Part shown: positions 44,767 to 53,263 of the stretch, piece by piece | Numbering within the stretch: position 1 is the first letter of the stretch | How the letters are laid out: each line of letters starts with the position of its first letter | Origin: an uncultured Phycisphaerales bacterium | Lineage (GTDB): Bacteria > Planctomycetota > Phycisphaerae > UBA1845 | NCBI GenBank assembly: GCA_965371725.1 | Contig: CBDUZO010000001.1 | Span: 13,123 to 77,122 of the forward strand | DNA: 64,000 bases | Direction of reading: 5' to 3' | The notes under the pieces: model-generated | What the model was told of the DNA's origin: nothing | The model's input: only the letters and a program-made list of their open reading frames with translations | Databases searched by the model: none | Program-made: the position numbers and the translations under genes

Positions 44767-47700
44767 TCAACGACCGTCGCGGATCTCGTAGACGACGCCG
44801 GCGTGCCGGGGGTGGGATTTGAATCCGAACTGGGTGAGCCAGGCGGCCCGGATGAACTCGGCCGACACGATGGCAGCCCCCTCCGCAGCCTGGCGGCGGA
44901 GGAACTCGTGCAGCAAAAGCTTCCCGATTCCTCGTCCGCGGCATCGCGGCAGAACGGCGATCTTCTCGAGCAGCACATGGTTCGGCGTACGCCGGATATA
45001 ACCCACACCGCCGACCACGTAGCCCATCGGATCCACGGCGACCATGAACTTCTCGTGCTCCAGGTAACCACCGCCAAGCCCGCCCACGTAGAAGATGCGG
45101 TGAAGCTTGTCCACCTCACGGGGGCCTGCCAGCGGGCGTATCCGGAGTTCCACGCCGGTGCGATCGACGTGAGCCGTCACGAGCTCCGCCCGACCCGGAC
45201 CCGCCTCGGACGTCGTGACGAGCTCAGCCTTCTCGTCAAGCTCGAGGTGCGGGTAGGCGGCGCGGGTCAGGAAGTATTGCTGGTCGTGCGAAGGCAGCTT
45301 GTCCTTCAGATCGCGGTAAAGCCGGCCGAGCACGTCCTTGATGTCGGCCCCCTCCCGGAGACGGTCGATGGCTTGCTCGATGACCTTCCGCCCACCAGGC
45401 GGGCTATCCCTCAGGACCGTCTCCGCATAAAGCCACAGCCGTGAACCGGGGAAGCGTCGCGTAACGGTGTCGATGTGATAGTTGCTCTGGAGTTCCCGCA
45501 ACTGGGCCGCTCGCGTATGGGTCCGAGCATCCTGGACCTGCACCGCCCACGCGCGATAACGGGCGATCGCGAAGAACAGCGCCTTGGGCATGTAACCCGA
45601 TTCCTCGATCTCGCCCATCCAGACCTTCATCCGTCGACACAGTTCGACCGTTTCGTCCGTCGGAGAATCCTCGCCTTCCGCTTCGGCGATCGCACCGCTG
45701 AGAAACGCGATTCCCTCGCCAAGCCCGAGCGCCTCGACCGCGGCTGCGAAGAGCATCTCGTCTTGCGTCTCCGAAGCCAGCGTGGGGAAATGGAACCGAA
45801 TACGATCCAGGAACCCGTGCTTCAAACCGAGAATCATATCGAGCCTACCGCTGATCGGGCGCCAACCGGCCACCGAGAAGACACGCGTGCTCTCGTCAAA
45901 GTCGTTCAACGGCACAGAAATCACACGGGCAAGGGAACCGGTCAGCATCCACCGCCCCTCCGTTCGCCGATGAAACTCGAAAGCCGCAGTCAAAGCTGCC
46001 CAGCAGAGGTGGCGCCAGGATGCTTTCAGACGCTGCCTGACCTCGCTGTCGGGGTGTTCGTGCATGTGGCGGAGCATGGCTTCGACGGACTCAGCCGGGA
46101 TGTACGTGACCGTCGCGAGGCCATACTCAGGCCAGTACCCGCCAAGCTGCGGTGCCAACGCCGTTTCACCCTCGACGCCGGCGGCCAGACACATCAAACG
46201 AAGGTCCGTAAGGAATGTCTCGATAACAGCCGCACCCCTGACGTGGAGCATGAAATCGCATCGCTCGCCGCCGCGAAGCCGGACCCCCACCTGATACACG
46301 CTGCGCCCAAACCGCATTCCGATCATGCTGACCCAAACGCTGCCCGGCGCAAGGTCATCAAGATCGATCTTACGATTCTGATGGAGAAGATAGACCGCTT
46401 CGCGAACGAGATTCGTGCGACAAAGGGCACCGGTTATCCTACTGAGCTCGTCCGGATTGATCCCCTCGTCAAACCGCAGCGTATCGTTCCACGTGTAGCG
46501 GCGGTGTGATTCCGGGTCGACGGCCTGCATCTGTCGATTGCCCAGGCGGCGCCGGAGCGACGCGGTCAACTCCTCAATCACCTCAGCCGCCGCGTCGTGG
46601 ATGGAATCCGAAACCGGTGCGAGCATCCACGCCATCAGCTCACGGCGAATGGGCAGGTAGAAGCTCTCCCGCGAACCGGCAATCCTGCCCAGCGAACGAA
46701 TGAGGTGAAGCACAAACTCAACGGCGTTGGAACCCCAATCACCGTTGCCCATCAGACTCATGGGGCAGTTGGCGATCTCCATCCCGCCGATGCTCCGGCG
46801 AAGCGACGAGAAGGCCCGGCTGAGCGCTTGCCAGCGCTGCGGTGTGAACCCCAAGCTCGCCATGCGACCACAGGCTTCGTCGCTCAGGAAATCGAGCGAC
46901 GATTCGCAGAACACCGAAGCCGTCTCGTCAAATGAGTCAACGGCCTGATGTTCCAGAAGCGCTGCGAACGCCCGGCCTCTCACGGCGAGATTCTCATGTC
47001 TTGAAGCGTATCGCAGGTGTGATTCCGCCAACTCCTGATACCGTACCCACCCCGCCGCGATCACGCGCGTGAGACAATCCACCGCTCGCAACGCAACTTC
47101 CGGCGAGCCACCGAACAGACACACGGCTGCCGCATGTACGGTCAACAGGCTGGGCGCGGTGTCATGGACGGAGTCGAGCCGGGTCACGCAGTCCTCCAGA
47201 TCAACATCTGCCGGACCCACGCAAACCATTCTGCTCACCGGCGCCCTGTCAGCCGTGGACAGCGACCAGAGTAGAATGCTATCCCCGGTCATCCGTGTCA
47301 GCTCGGCGTTCCCGACCCACAGTTTCGGGAAGCGAAGCCAGTCGTTCAGCTCGATCACCGGACCGACACCCTCATAGCAGCAGTTACCGATCCAAACGCG
47401 GTCGGCCGCCGCCGGGTCACGCCGGATGCACAATGTCTGATCGGTTGCGAGGAACACCAGCCCATCGGCGTTGGTTCGCGTACCGCTCTCCGTAGCGCCG
47501 AGGTGTTGAAGAAACGTGATGGGAATCTTCACGCGCAAGCCGTCCACGACCCGATCAATCGTGGACGAGGCGTACATCGGCTCGATCACATCACGGAAGT
47601 GTTCCTCCACGACAGCCCGGCGAAACGAACCCTTCGGCGTAAGCTCCCCTTTCTCGACGGTGAAGTCACGATCGATCAGCGAGAAGTTGACCACGCGCTC

Positions 47701-49569
47701 GAACGGCGCCAGGAATCGGTTGCATGGAACAACCAGACCGCGGAAATACTCATGCATCGCGGTGTCGGACATCTTGCCGAACTCAGCTTCCGTGTATTCG
47801 AGATTCGGTCGGATGAGCAGGGTAACATGGTCTCGTCCATCGCCTACCGCAAAGACCCTCGACACCTCCGGGAAATCCGCAAACAAGGCCTCCACGCGCT
47901 GGGGTGCGATCGTTCGCCCGCTGGCGTTCTTGTAAATGTCCTTCTTCCGGTCCACGTGCCTGAGGAGGCCGACCTCGTCCGTACTCACGATGTCACCCGT
48001 GCAGAACCACCCGTCTTGAAAGGCGGCTGCGTTGTCCTCCGGGTTGGTATAGCCATCGCTTACGTAAGGCCCTCGCAGCTTCAACTCGCTGTCCTCGCCA
48101 AAGCCAAGCTCAATCGCCGGGAGCGCTTTGCCGATCGAGTCGTCAACATATTGACCAGGCGGCGTCATGGTGATGCCGCCCGTGGCCTCGGTCATGCCGT
48201 ACCCGCTCAACAGATCAATGCCATAACGCTGAAAGAAGCGGAAGATCGCCGGATCAAGACGCCCGGCCGCGCTCAATCCCCAGCGCAACCGACCGCCGGT
48301 CAGCTCTTGAAGCGCCCCCACCACCTCGGGGTCATCCGGTGGTTCGTCCGTCGCGACAATCCTGCGGTGGAGATCGGCCCACTTCTTAGGCACGGAAATC
48401 ATGGCGGTCGGGTGGAACCGCCGCATGTGCTGAATCAGCGTTTCCGTCGAGGCACTCTCGGCAAAGATATACGTGGCCGCCAAATGCACGGCGCCCAGCA
48501 TCTCAAGGTATCGCCCGAACGTGTGATACAACGGAAGGAAGCAGAGGAAAACCTCGTGCTCATCGATATCCGGCAGGGCGGACACACGCGCATAACGCTT
48601 GCTCACCAGGTTCAGATGAGAAAACTGAATGCCCTTGGGCGTGCCGGTTGTGCCCGATGTGTACATGGTCGTCGCAATGTCGGACGACCGAACTCGCGCG
48701 AGCCGGTCCTCCAGTACATCCGCGGGAACCCCGGTTGCACGGTCGAGCAAGCGCGACAGTGCCATGGTTCCGCCACCCGGAGCGGTCGGTAGTTCGTCCA
48801 GCGTGATGATCCACTCGAGGGACGGTAGAGCTTCACGGGCAACCACGGCCTTTTGAAGCTGTTGTGAGCCGGACACAACCAGCATGCGAGCCTTCGACTC
48901 GGCGAGAATGTGCTGAAGCTGTGACTCGACGGCGTTGGCGGGGACCATCGTGTTGAAGATCCCATTTGTCAGACATGCCAGGTCAACAAGCGCTCCCTCG
49001 ATTCGATTGGGCGTGTAGATCGCAACAACCGGATCATCTCCCAAGATCGCCAACAGAGCACGAGCAATCCGCTCCGTCATTTCCGCCACCTGCTCCAGCG
49101 AGTATTCGGTTACCTGGTCGCCGTGGGGCACGATGAAAAGCGTCTTGTCCGGGAATTGCGCGACGCGCTGCCTGAACATTCGACCGACCGTGAAATCCGT
49201 TCGGTCAATCAGTTGCATGACGCACGCAAGCCAGTCGCCGCCAGGCCGCCCGGACTCGGCAGGATAGGCCGCCCGACGCACCGGTTTCAATCGGGCCAGG
49301 TCAATGAACTGATGCGCGACGGAGGCAAGCGCCACGCGTGAGGAGCTACCCTCGACCTCAGCCTCGAACGCCGCAAGCAAAGCTTCGCCCGCTCGCGTGA
49401 GTCCGGACAGGTCAACGGTATCGGCACAGACTTGACGAGCGACTTCCAGCAGTACACGGGAACTGCGTGTGCGCGCATCGCCCGAGCGCGCGGACTTGAG
49501 GTCACCGGCTGCACCCGCAAGGTCCACGGTTCCCGTCGTTGTTGACGACTCCACATCTTGACCGCTCAT
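44767..49569 (-). CDS. Giant multidomain protein: N-terminal AMP-forming acyl-CoA/acyl-AMP ligase, about 750 aa of unknown sequence, and a C-terminal GNAT acyltransferase
   Basis: The track ORF is 44767..49614 (TTG start). ATG 49569 follows GGGAGA. Adenylation motifs: MYTSGTTGTPKG (nt 48631-48666), GYGMTEATG, WFCTGD, ELTPKGSFRR. C-terminal GNAT: VLLEKIAVLPRCRGRGIGKLLLHEFL...WLTQFGFK. Confidence 0.85.
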   Translation of the reverse strand: MSGQDVESSTTTGTVDLAGAAGDLKSARSGDARTRSSRVLLEVARQVCADTVDLSGLTRAGEALLAAFEAEVEGSSSRVALASVAHQFIDLARLKPVRRAAYPAESGRPGGDWLACVMQLIDRTDFTVGRMFRQRVAQFPDKTLFIVPHGDQVTEYSLEQVAEMTERIARALLAILGDDPVVAIYTPNRIEGALVDLACLTNGIFNTMVPANAVESQLQHILAESKARMLVVSGSQQLQKAVVAREALPSLEWIITLDELPTAPGGGTMALSRLLDRATGVPADVLEDRLARVRSSDIATTMYTSGTTGTPKGIQFSHLNLVSKRYARVSALPDIDEHEVFLCFLPLYHTFGRYLEMLGAVHLAATYIFAESASTETLIQHMRRFHPTAMISVPKKWADLHRRIVATDEPPDDPEVVGALQELTGGRLRWGLSAAGRLDPAIFRFFQRYGIDLLSGYGMTEATGGITMTPPGQYVDDSIGKALPAIELGFGEDSELKLRGPYVSDGYTNPEDNAAAFQDGWFCTGDIVSTDEVGLLRHVDRKKDIYKNASGRTIAPQRVEALFADFPEVSRVFAVGDGRDHVTLLIRPNLEYTEAEFGKMSDTAMHEYFRGLVVPCNRFLAPFERVVNFSLIDRDFTVEKGELTPKGSFRRAVVEEHFRDVIEPMYASSTIDRVVDGLRVKIPITFLQHLGATESGTRTNADGLVFLATDQTLCIRRDPAAADRVWIGNCCYEGVGPVIELNDWLRFPKLWVGNAELTRMTGDSILLWSLSTADRAPVSRMVCVGPADVDLEDCVTRLDSVHDTAPSLLTVHAAAVCLFGGSPEVALRAVDCLTRVIAAGWVRYQELAESHLRYASRHENLAVRGRAFAALLEHQAVDSFDETASVFCESSLDFLSDEACGRMASLGFTPQRWQALSRAFSSLRRSIGGMEIANCPMSLMGNGDWGSNAVEFVLHLIRSLGRIAGSRESFYLPIRRELMAWMLAPVSDSIHDAAAEVIEELTASLRRRLGNRQMQAVDPESHRRYTWNDTLRFDEGINPDELSRITGALCRTNLVREAVYLLHQNRKIDLDDLAPGSVWVSMIGMRFGRSVYQVGVRLRGGERCDFMLHVRGAAVIETFLTDLRLMCLAAGVEGETALAPQLGGYWPEYGLATVTYIPAESVEAMLRHMHEHPDSEVRQRLKASWRHLCWAALTAAFEFHRRTEGRWMLTGSLARVISVPLNDFDESTRVFSVAGWRPISGRLDMILGLKHGFLDRIRFHFPTLASETQDEMLFAAAVEALGLGEGIAFLSGAIAEAEGEDSPTDETVELCRRMKVWMGEIEESGYMPKALFFAIARYRAWAVQVQDARTHTRAAQLRELQSNYHIDTVTRRFPGSRLWLYAETVLRDSPPGGRKVIEQAIDRLREGADIKDVLGRLYRDLKDKLPSHDQQYFLTRAAYPHLELDEKAELVTTSEAGPGRAELVTAHVDRTGVELRIRPLAGPREVDKLHRIFYVGGLGGGYLEHEKFMVAVDPMGYVVGGVGYIRRTPNHVLLEKIAVLPRCRGRGIGKLLLHEFLRRQAAEGAAIVSAEFIRAAWLTQFGFKSHPRHAGVVYEIRDGR

Positions 49570-49630
49570 CTTCACGGATTCTCCCGCCTGGCGGGCCGTG
49601 TGGCAAGCGGTCAATGTGGGGGCTTCTTAG

Positions 49631-49792
49631 TATGACAGCGCTAGAACGAGTTTTACGAGCCGCGGGCTTCAGCCTGCGCGGTCTCAAAAGCGGCTTGAGA
49701 CTTGCCGAAACCTGGGCCCCGCGCGGGCGCGGCAAAGCCGCTTTGCGGCAGCCCGCGGCTCGCTTCGTTTTCAGCAATCTATCGCTGTCATA
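49631..49792. repeat. 162-bp composite palindromic element with 15-nt terminal inverted repeats (MITE/BIME-like)
   Basis: Left end is TATGACAGCGCTAGA; the right end reverse-complements to TATGACAGCGATAGA (14/15). Two inward-facing REP units contain GAGCCGCGGGC. The central hairpin is GTCTCAA-AAGCGGC-TTGAGAC. Confidence 0.75.
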
Positions 49793-49803
49793 TTAGACGG
49801 GCA

Positions 49804-50304
49804 TTACGAGGGGTTTGCATCACGGCGGGCGTGCAGCCAGCACCGAACATCGCGCTCGATCCGGTCGATGACCGTCTCGATCCCACGCGCCACCGGTACG
49901 CCGAGCTTCAACCGCCGCTCGAAGCTGCTGCCGAAGACAGCATAGACCCAGACATCTTTCGGCAACTGCCCGAGTGCGTCCGCGAGCTGAAGACCGCTGC
50001 ATACGCCGAGACCGTGGGTACCACCCTGCGCCCTTTCGGTAAGGGCATCGGGGTGTTCGTGATAGTCAATCCTCTCGAATGAGCCGGATGGGTGAGACAC
50101 ATCCGCGGCGGCGGCGTCCACGACGATGAGCAGCCCGATGGTACCGTCGAGTCCGGAGGCCAGCTCGCTGCCCGGTGTCTCCGTGCGGGCGATGACCGTA
50201 TCCGGTAGATGTCGCTCGAGAAGACCGTCCGCCACCGCGAGTCCGGCCAAGTCATCACCCATGGACGATCGCCCGCATCCGACGATTCGCACGGCGGTCG
50301 ACAT
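49804..50304 (-). CDS. Hydrogenase maturation endopeptidase (HycI/HoxW/FrhD family)
   Basis: 166-aa ORF directly downstream of the large subunit. Matches: VRIVGCGRSSMGDDLAG, LLIVVDAA, GTHGLG. Confidence 0.85.
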   Translation of the reverse strand: MSTAVRIVGCGRSSMGDDLAGLAVADGLLERHLPDTVIARTETPGSELASGLDGTIGLLIVVDAAAADVSHPSGSFERIDYHEHPDALTERAQGGTHGLGVCSGLQLADALGQLPKDVWVYAVFGSSFERRLKLGVPVARGIETVIDRIERDVRCWLHARRDANPS

Positions 50305-50309
50305 GACGA

Positions 50310-51614
50310 CTACACCCAGTCGATATCGAGGAAGTGGGTCGCGCAGGAGATGCAGGGATCGTAGGCCCGCATCAGCATCTCCAACCGAAGCGTCATTTCC
50401 TCCTTGCTCATGCCCGAGTCAAGAAGGCCCGGCATCATGGCCCGCATGTCGGCTTCGAGGTTGGCCAGGTTCTGCGCCGTGGGGATAATCAGATTGGAGC
50501 CTACGATAATGCCTTTCTCGTCGAGCTCGTACTCGTGAAACAGAATCCCACGCGGTACCTCACTCGATCCGACACCCCTTCCGAAATGGGTCGGCTCGAC
50601 AAGCGATTCTTCCTTCAACCCTCGCGTGAGCAACGTATCAATCAGTTCGATCGAGTTCTCCGTTACGTGTACACACTCCACGATCTGAGCGGTGTTGTTG
50701 TGGAACGGGTTATGGCAGATCGGCTCGAGTCCAAGCAAACTCGCCACCTTTTTCGCTTCCGGATGCAATTGATCGTAGTTGTTGTTAACGCGGGCCAGCG
50801 CGCCGACCATGTAGCTTGCCGATTGCGGCGAGCGCGAATGCTTGGCCGTTGAGTGTTCCACTACCGTTTCGATCACCCGCTCACGGTAGTTGGAGACCGC
50901 AGTTGGGGCGGGCTGAAGCGTAGAGACAATGTTGCCGTTGTAGAAAGCGTACTCGCCTTCATCCGTTGCCTTGAGTGACACGAACTCCGTTTCGCGGGTG
51001 AAGTCCGGAATCTCGAACGTAAGGAGGGTTTTCGCGGTTTCCTGTAAATCCGCTCGGGACTCCTCGAGACGACGCTTGAGGGCAAGCAGTTCCTCCGCTC
51101 GCGGCAGGTGCGTCAATCCCCCGGGATGAACGGCGATCGGGTGAATATGCCGGCCACCTACGGCACCGCAGATGTCATTGGCCAACTTCTTCATCCTCAA
51201 TGCCCGCTTAACGACATCAGGATGGGTCGTGGCCAACGGAATGACCGACCCTACGCCGAGAAAGTCCGGAACGGCCAGGAAGTACACATGGAGAATGTGG
51301 CTTTGCAACTCCTCTCCGTTAAGAAGCAGCCTGCGAAGGATCGTTGCCTGCTCGCTGATCTCGATGCCGGTCGCGGCCTCGATGGCCTGAACGGAAGCAC
51401 ACGTGTGCCCAACGCTGCAAATCCCACAGATACGACATGTGATGTGCGGCGCCTCGAACCAGCGCCGGCCGCGCAAGAAAGCCTCGAAGAACCGCGGGCT
51501 CTCGACGATCTGAAGCTCGATCTTCGTAATCTCGCCATCCTCGACGTTGACGAGGATGTTGCCGTGCCCCTCGACGCGGGTCACATGCCGGACGTCAATC
51601 GTGACGTTCTTCAC
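50310..51614 (-). CDS. [NiFe]-hydrogenase large (alpha) subunit, group 3b-like
   Basis: N-terminal Ni-binding RICGICSVGH and C-terminal DPCISCATH. I place the start at GTG 51614 (VKNVTIDVRHVTRVEGHG), preceded by GGAGG at 6-nt spacing. The track's start at 51746 overlaps the delta gene. Confidence 0.9.
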   Translation of the reverse strand: MKNVTIDVRHVTRVEGHGNILVNVEDGEITKIELQIVESPRFFEAFLRGRRWFEAPHITCRICGICSVGHTCASVQAIEAATGIEISEQATILRRLLLNGEELQSHILHVYFLAVPDFLGVGSVIPLATTHPDVVKRALRMKKLANDICGAVGGRHIHPIAVHPGGLTHLPRAEELLALKRRLEESRADLQETAKTLLTFEIPDFTRETEFVSLKATDEGEYAFYNGNIVSTLQPAPTAVSNYRERVIETVVEHSTAKHSRSPQSASYMVGALARVNNNYDQLHPEAKKVASLLGLEPICHNPFHNNTAQIVECVHVTENSIELIDTLLTRGLKEESLVEPTHFGRGVGSSEVPRGILFHEYELDEKGIIVGSNLIIPTAQNLANLEADMRAMMPGLLDSGMSKEEMTLRLEMLMRAYDPCISCATHFLDIDWV

Positions 51615-51663
51615 ACAGGACCTCCCCTCACGACGCACAAGCGGGAATCTCGACAGCGCATGG

Positions 51664-52407
51664 TCATGGCAGCGTCTTCTCCTGGTAGGCACCGAACATT
51701 CGCAGGTCCGCCAACACGTCCTGAAGGTCGACGTCGTACTGTTCACGCAGGTTAATACCCGCCGCTTTCAACGCCTCGTCATGGACGATACCGCGGCATC
51801 CTTCGCACTTCGAGCCATAGGCTGGGCAGATGGCGTTGCAGCCGCCTCGGGTAACAGGACCGAGACAGATGATGCCCTTCTCGTACAGGCACGGGATTCC
51901 CTGCCTTTTGCACTCCACGCAGACCGGGTCGTCCGGAAGGCGCCAGGTCCGCCCGACCAATAGGGCCTTGACGAACTCGAGAAACTCCTCCTTGACCATG
52001 GGGCAGCCGGGAAGCTCGTAGTCGACATCCACGGTGGCGGAAAGGGGACGGGCCGGGTTCGTTGGGAACCATTCGGCGTGATCGCCATACACATACTTGC
52101 GATAGTCCGCCTCATCCTGGTAGTTCTTCAGTGTGTTCAGCCCACCCTGGCAGGCACACGCCCCAATGGCAACCAGCACCTTGGAGCACTCACGGAAATG
52201 CTCGAGGTCCTTCACGTCCTCCGGCGTGGAGACCGCACCATCGACGAAACCGATGTCGATGTCCCAGCTTCGCTCGGTCATGCCCTCGCGGAAATTCACG
52301 ATCTCGACAGCGCTGAGGATATCGAGCAGACAATCCTCCAACTCGAGGATCGCGAGCGAGCACCCCTCGCAACTCGTGAGGCTGAAGATCGCTATCCTTG
52401 GCTTCAT
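51664..52407 (-). CDS. [NiFe]-hydrogenase small (delta) subunit, NuoB-like Fe-S protein
   Basis: 247-aa ORF. Matches: IAIFSLTSCEGCSL, AIGACACQGG, GCP, and distal cluster cysteines CVECKRQGIPC...GGCNAICPAYGSKCEGC. Confidence 0.9.
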   Translation of the reverse strand: MKPRIAIFSLTSCEGCSLAILELEDCLLDILSAVEIVNFREGMTERSWDIDIGFVDGAVSTPEDVKDLEHFRECSKVLVAIGACACQGGLNTLKNYQDEADYRKYVYGDHAEWFPTNPARPLSATVDVDYELPGCPMVKEEFLEFVKALLVGRTWRLPDDPVCVECKRQGIPCLYEKGIICLGPVTRGGCNAICPAYGSKCEGCRGIVHDEALKAAGINLREQYDVDLQDVLADLRMFGAYQEKTLP

Positions 52408-53261
52408 TCGATCGCCTCCCGAAGCGCCTTGAGCTCACCGTAACGGAACACGGGCCCTTCAAGACAGACGTACACGTTGTTCGCCTGACAATGCCCGCAC
52501 TTCCCCACGCCGCACTTCATGCGACGTTCGAGAGAGCAGTAGATGTGTCTCTGATGAATCCGCCGCGCGAGCACTTCGAGCACGACGAATTTGAACATGA
52601 CGGGCGGGCCGACAATGACAACCCGCGTCCTCGCCGGGTCGAGCTTCGGCACCTCGCTGAAGAGCGTCGTCACGACGCCGCTTCGACCGCGCCACTGCTC
52701 ATCGGGTCGGTCCACGGTCATATGGAAGTTGACGTCATCACTTTCGCGCCAGAGTGTCAGATCGTTACGAAAGAGAAGTTCGCTCGGCGCCCTGGCACCA
52801 TAAAGCAGGTGAAACTGCCCGAATCGCGCACGCTCATCCAGGATGTATTGGATGAGTGAGCGGACGGGAGCGAGCCCGAGACCGCCGGCCACGATCAGGA
52901 TATCCCTACCGTGCAGGTCGTTTACGTCGAACCCGTTCCCCAACGGACCGCGAACACCGATGGTATCTCCCTCGCGTAGCTTGTGGATGTGCTCGGTCAC
53001 CTCACCTACGCGCCGAACGCAGAGTTCAAAAGCATCGGGCCTGGTCGGGGAGGAGCAGATCGAGATGGGGCATTCGCCGATGCCCAGCAAGGCCACCTGC
53101 ACGAATTGCCCGGGCGCGTGCCCGAGCGGTTGACCGCTTGCAAGCCGAAGTGTGTAGACGTTTTCGAGATCCGTCATCTCGTTCACGGAGACCACCTCAG
53201 CCGCTTCCGGCTCGTACAGGCTTTTCGGTCCGTCGACGTGCTGTTGCCCGAGCGCGGTCAT
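52404..53261 (-). CDS. Hydrogenase gamma subunit: FAD/NAD(P)-binding ferredoxin-reductase-like protein with a C-terminal [2Fe-2S] site
   Basis: 285-aa ORF, PyrK/sulfite-reductase-B-like. Matches: GQFVQV, ISICS, IVAGGLGLAP, CGVGKCGHCQ. Confidence 0.85.
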   Translation of the reverse strand: MTALGQQHVDGPKSLYEPEAAEVVSVNEMTDLENVYTLRLASGQPLGHAPGQFVQVALLGIGECPISICSSPTRPDAFELCVRRVGEVTEHIHKLREGDTIGVRGPLGNGFDVNDLHGRDILIVAGGLGLAPVRSLIQYILDERARFGQFHLLYGARAPSELLFRNDLTLWRESDDVNFHMTVDRPDEQWRGRSGVVTTLFSEVPKLDPARTRVVIVGPPVMFKFVVLEVLARRIHQRHIYCSLERRMKCGVGKCGHCQANNVYVCLEGPVFRYGELKALREAIE

Positions 53262-53263
53262 GA

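Noticed and set aside
50310-51746. Extended start of the hydrogenase large subunit, and a possible selenocysteine
   Set aside because: The extra 44 codons overlap the delta-subunit gene, and a GGAGG-GTG start at 51614 fits better. The C-terminal motif is DPCISCATH with Cys and has no in-frame TGA, so this is not a [NiFeSe] enzyme.
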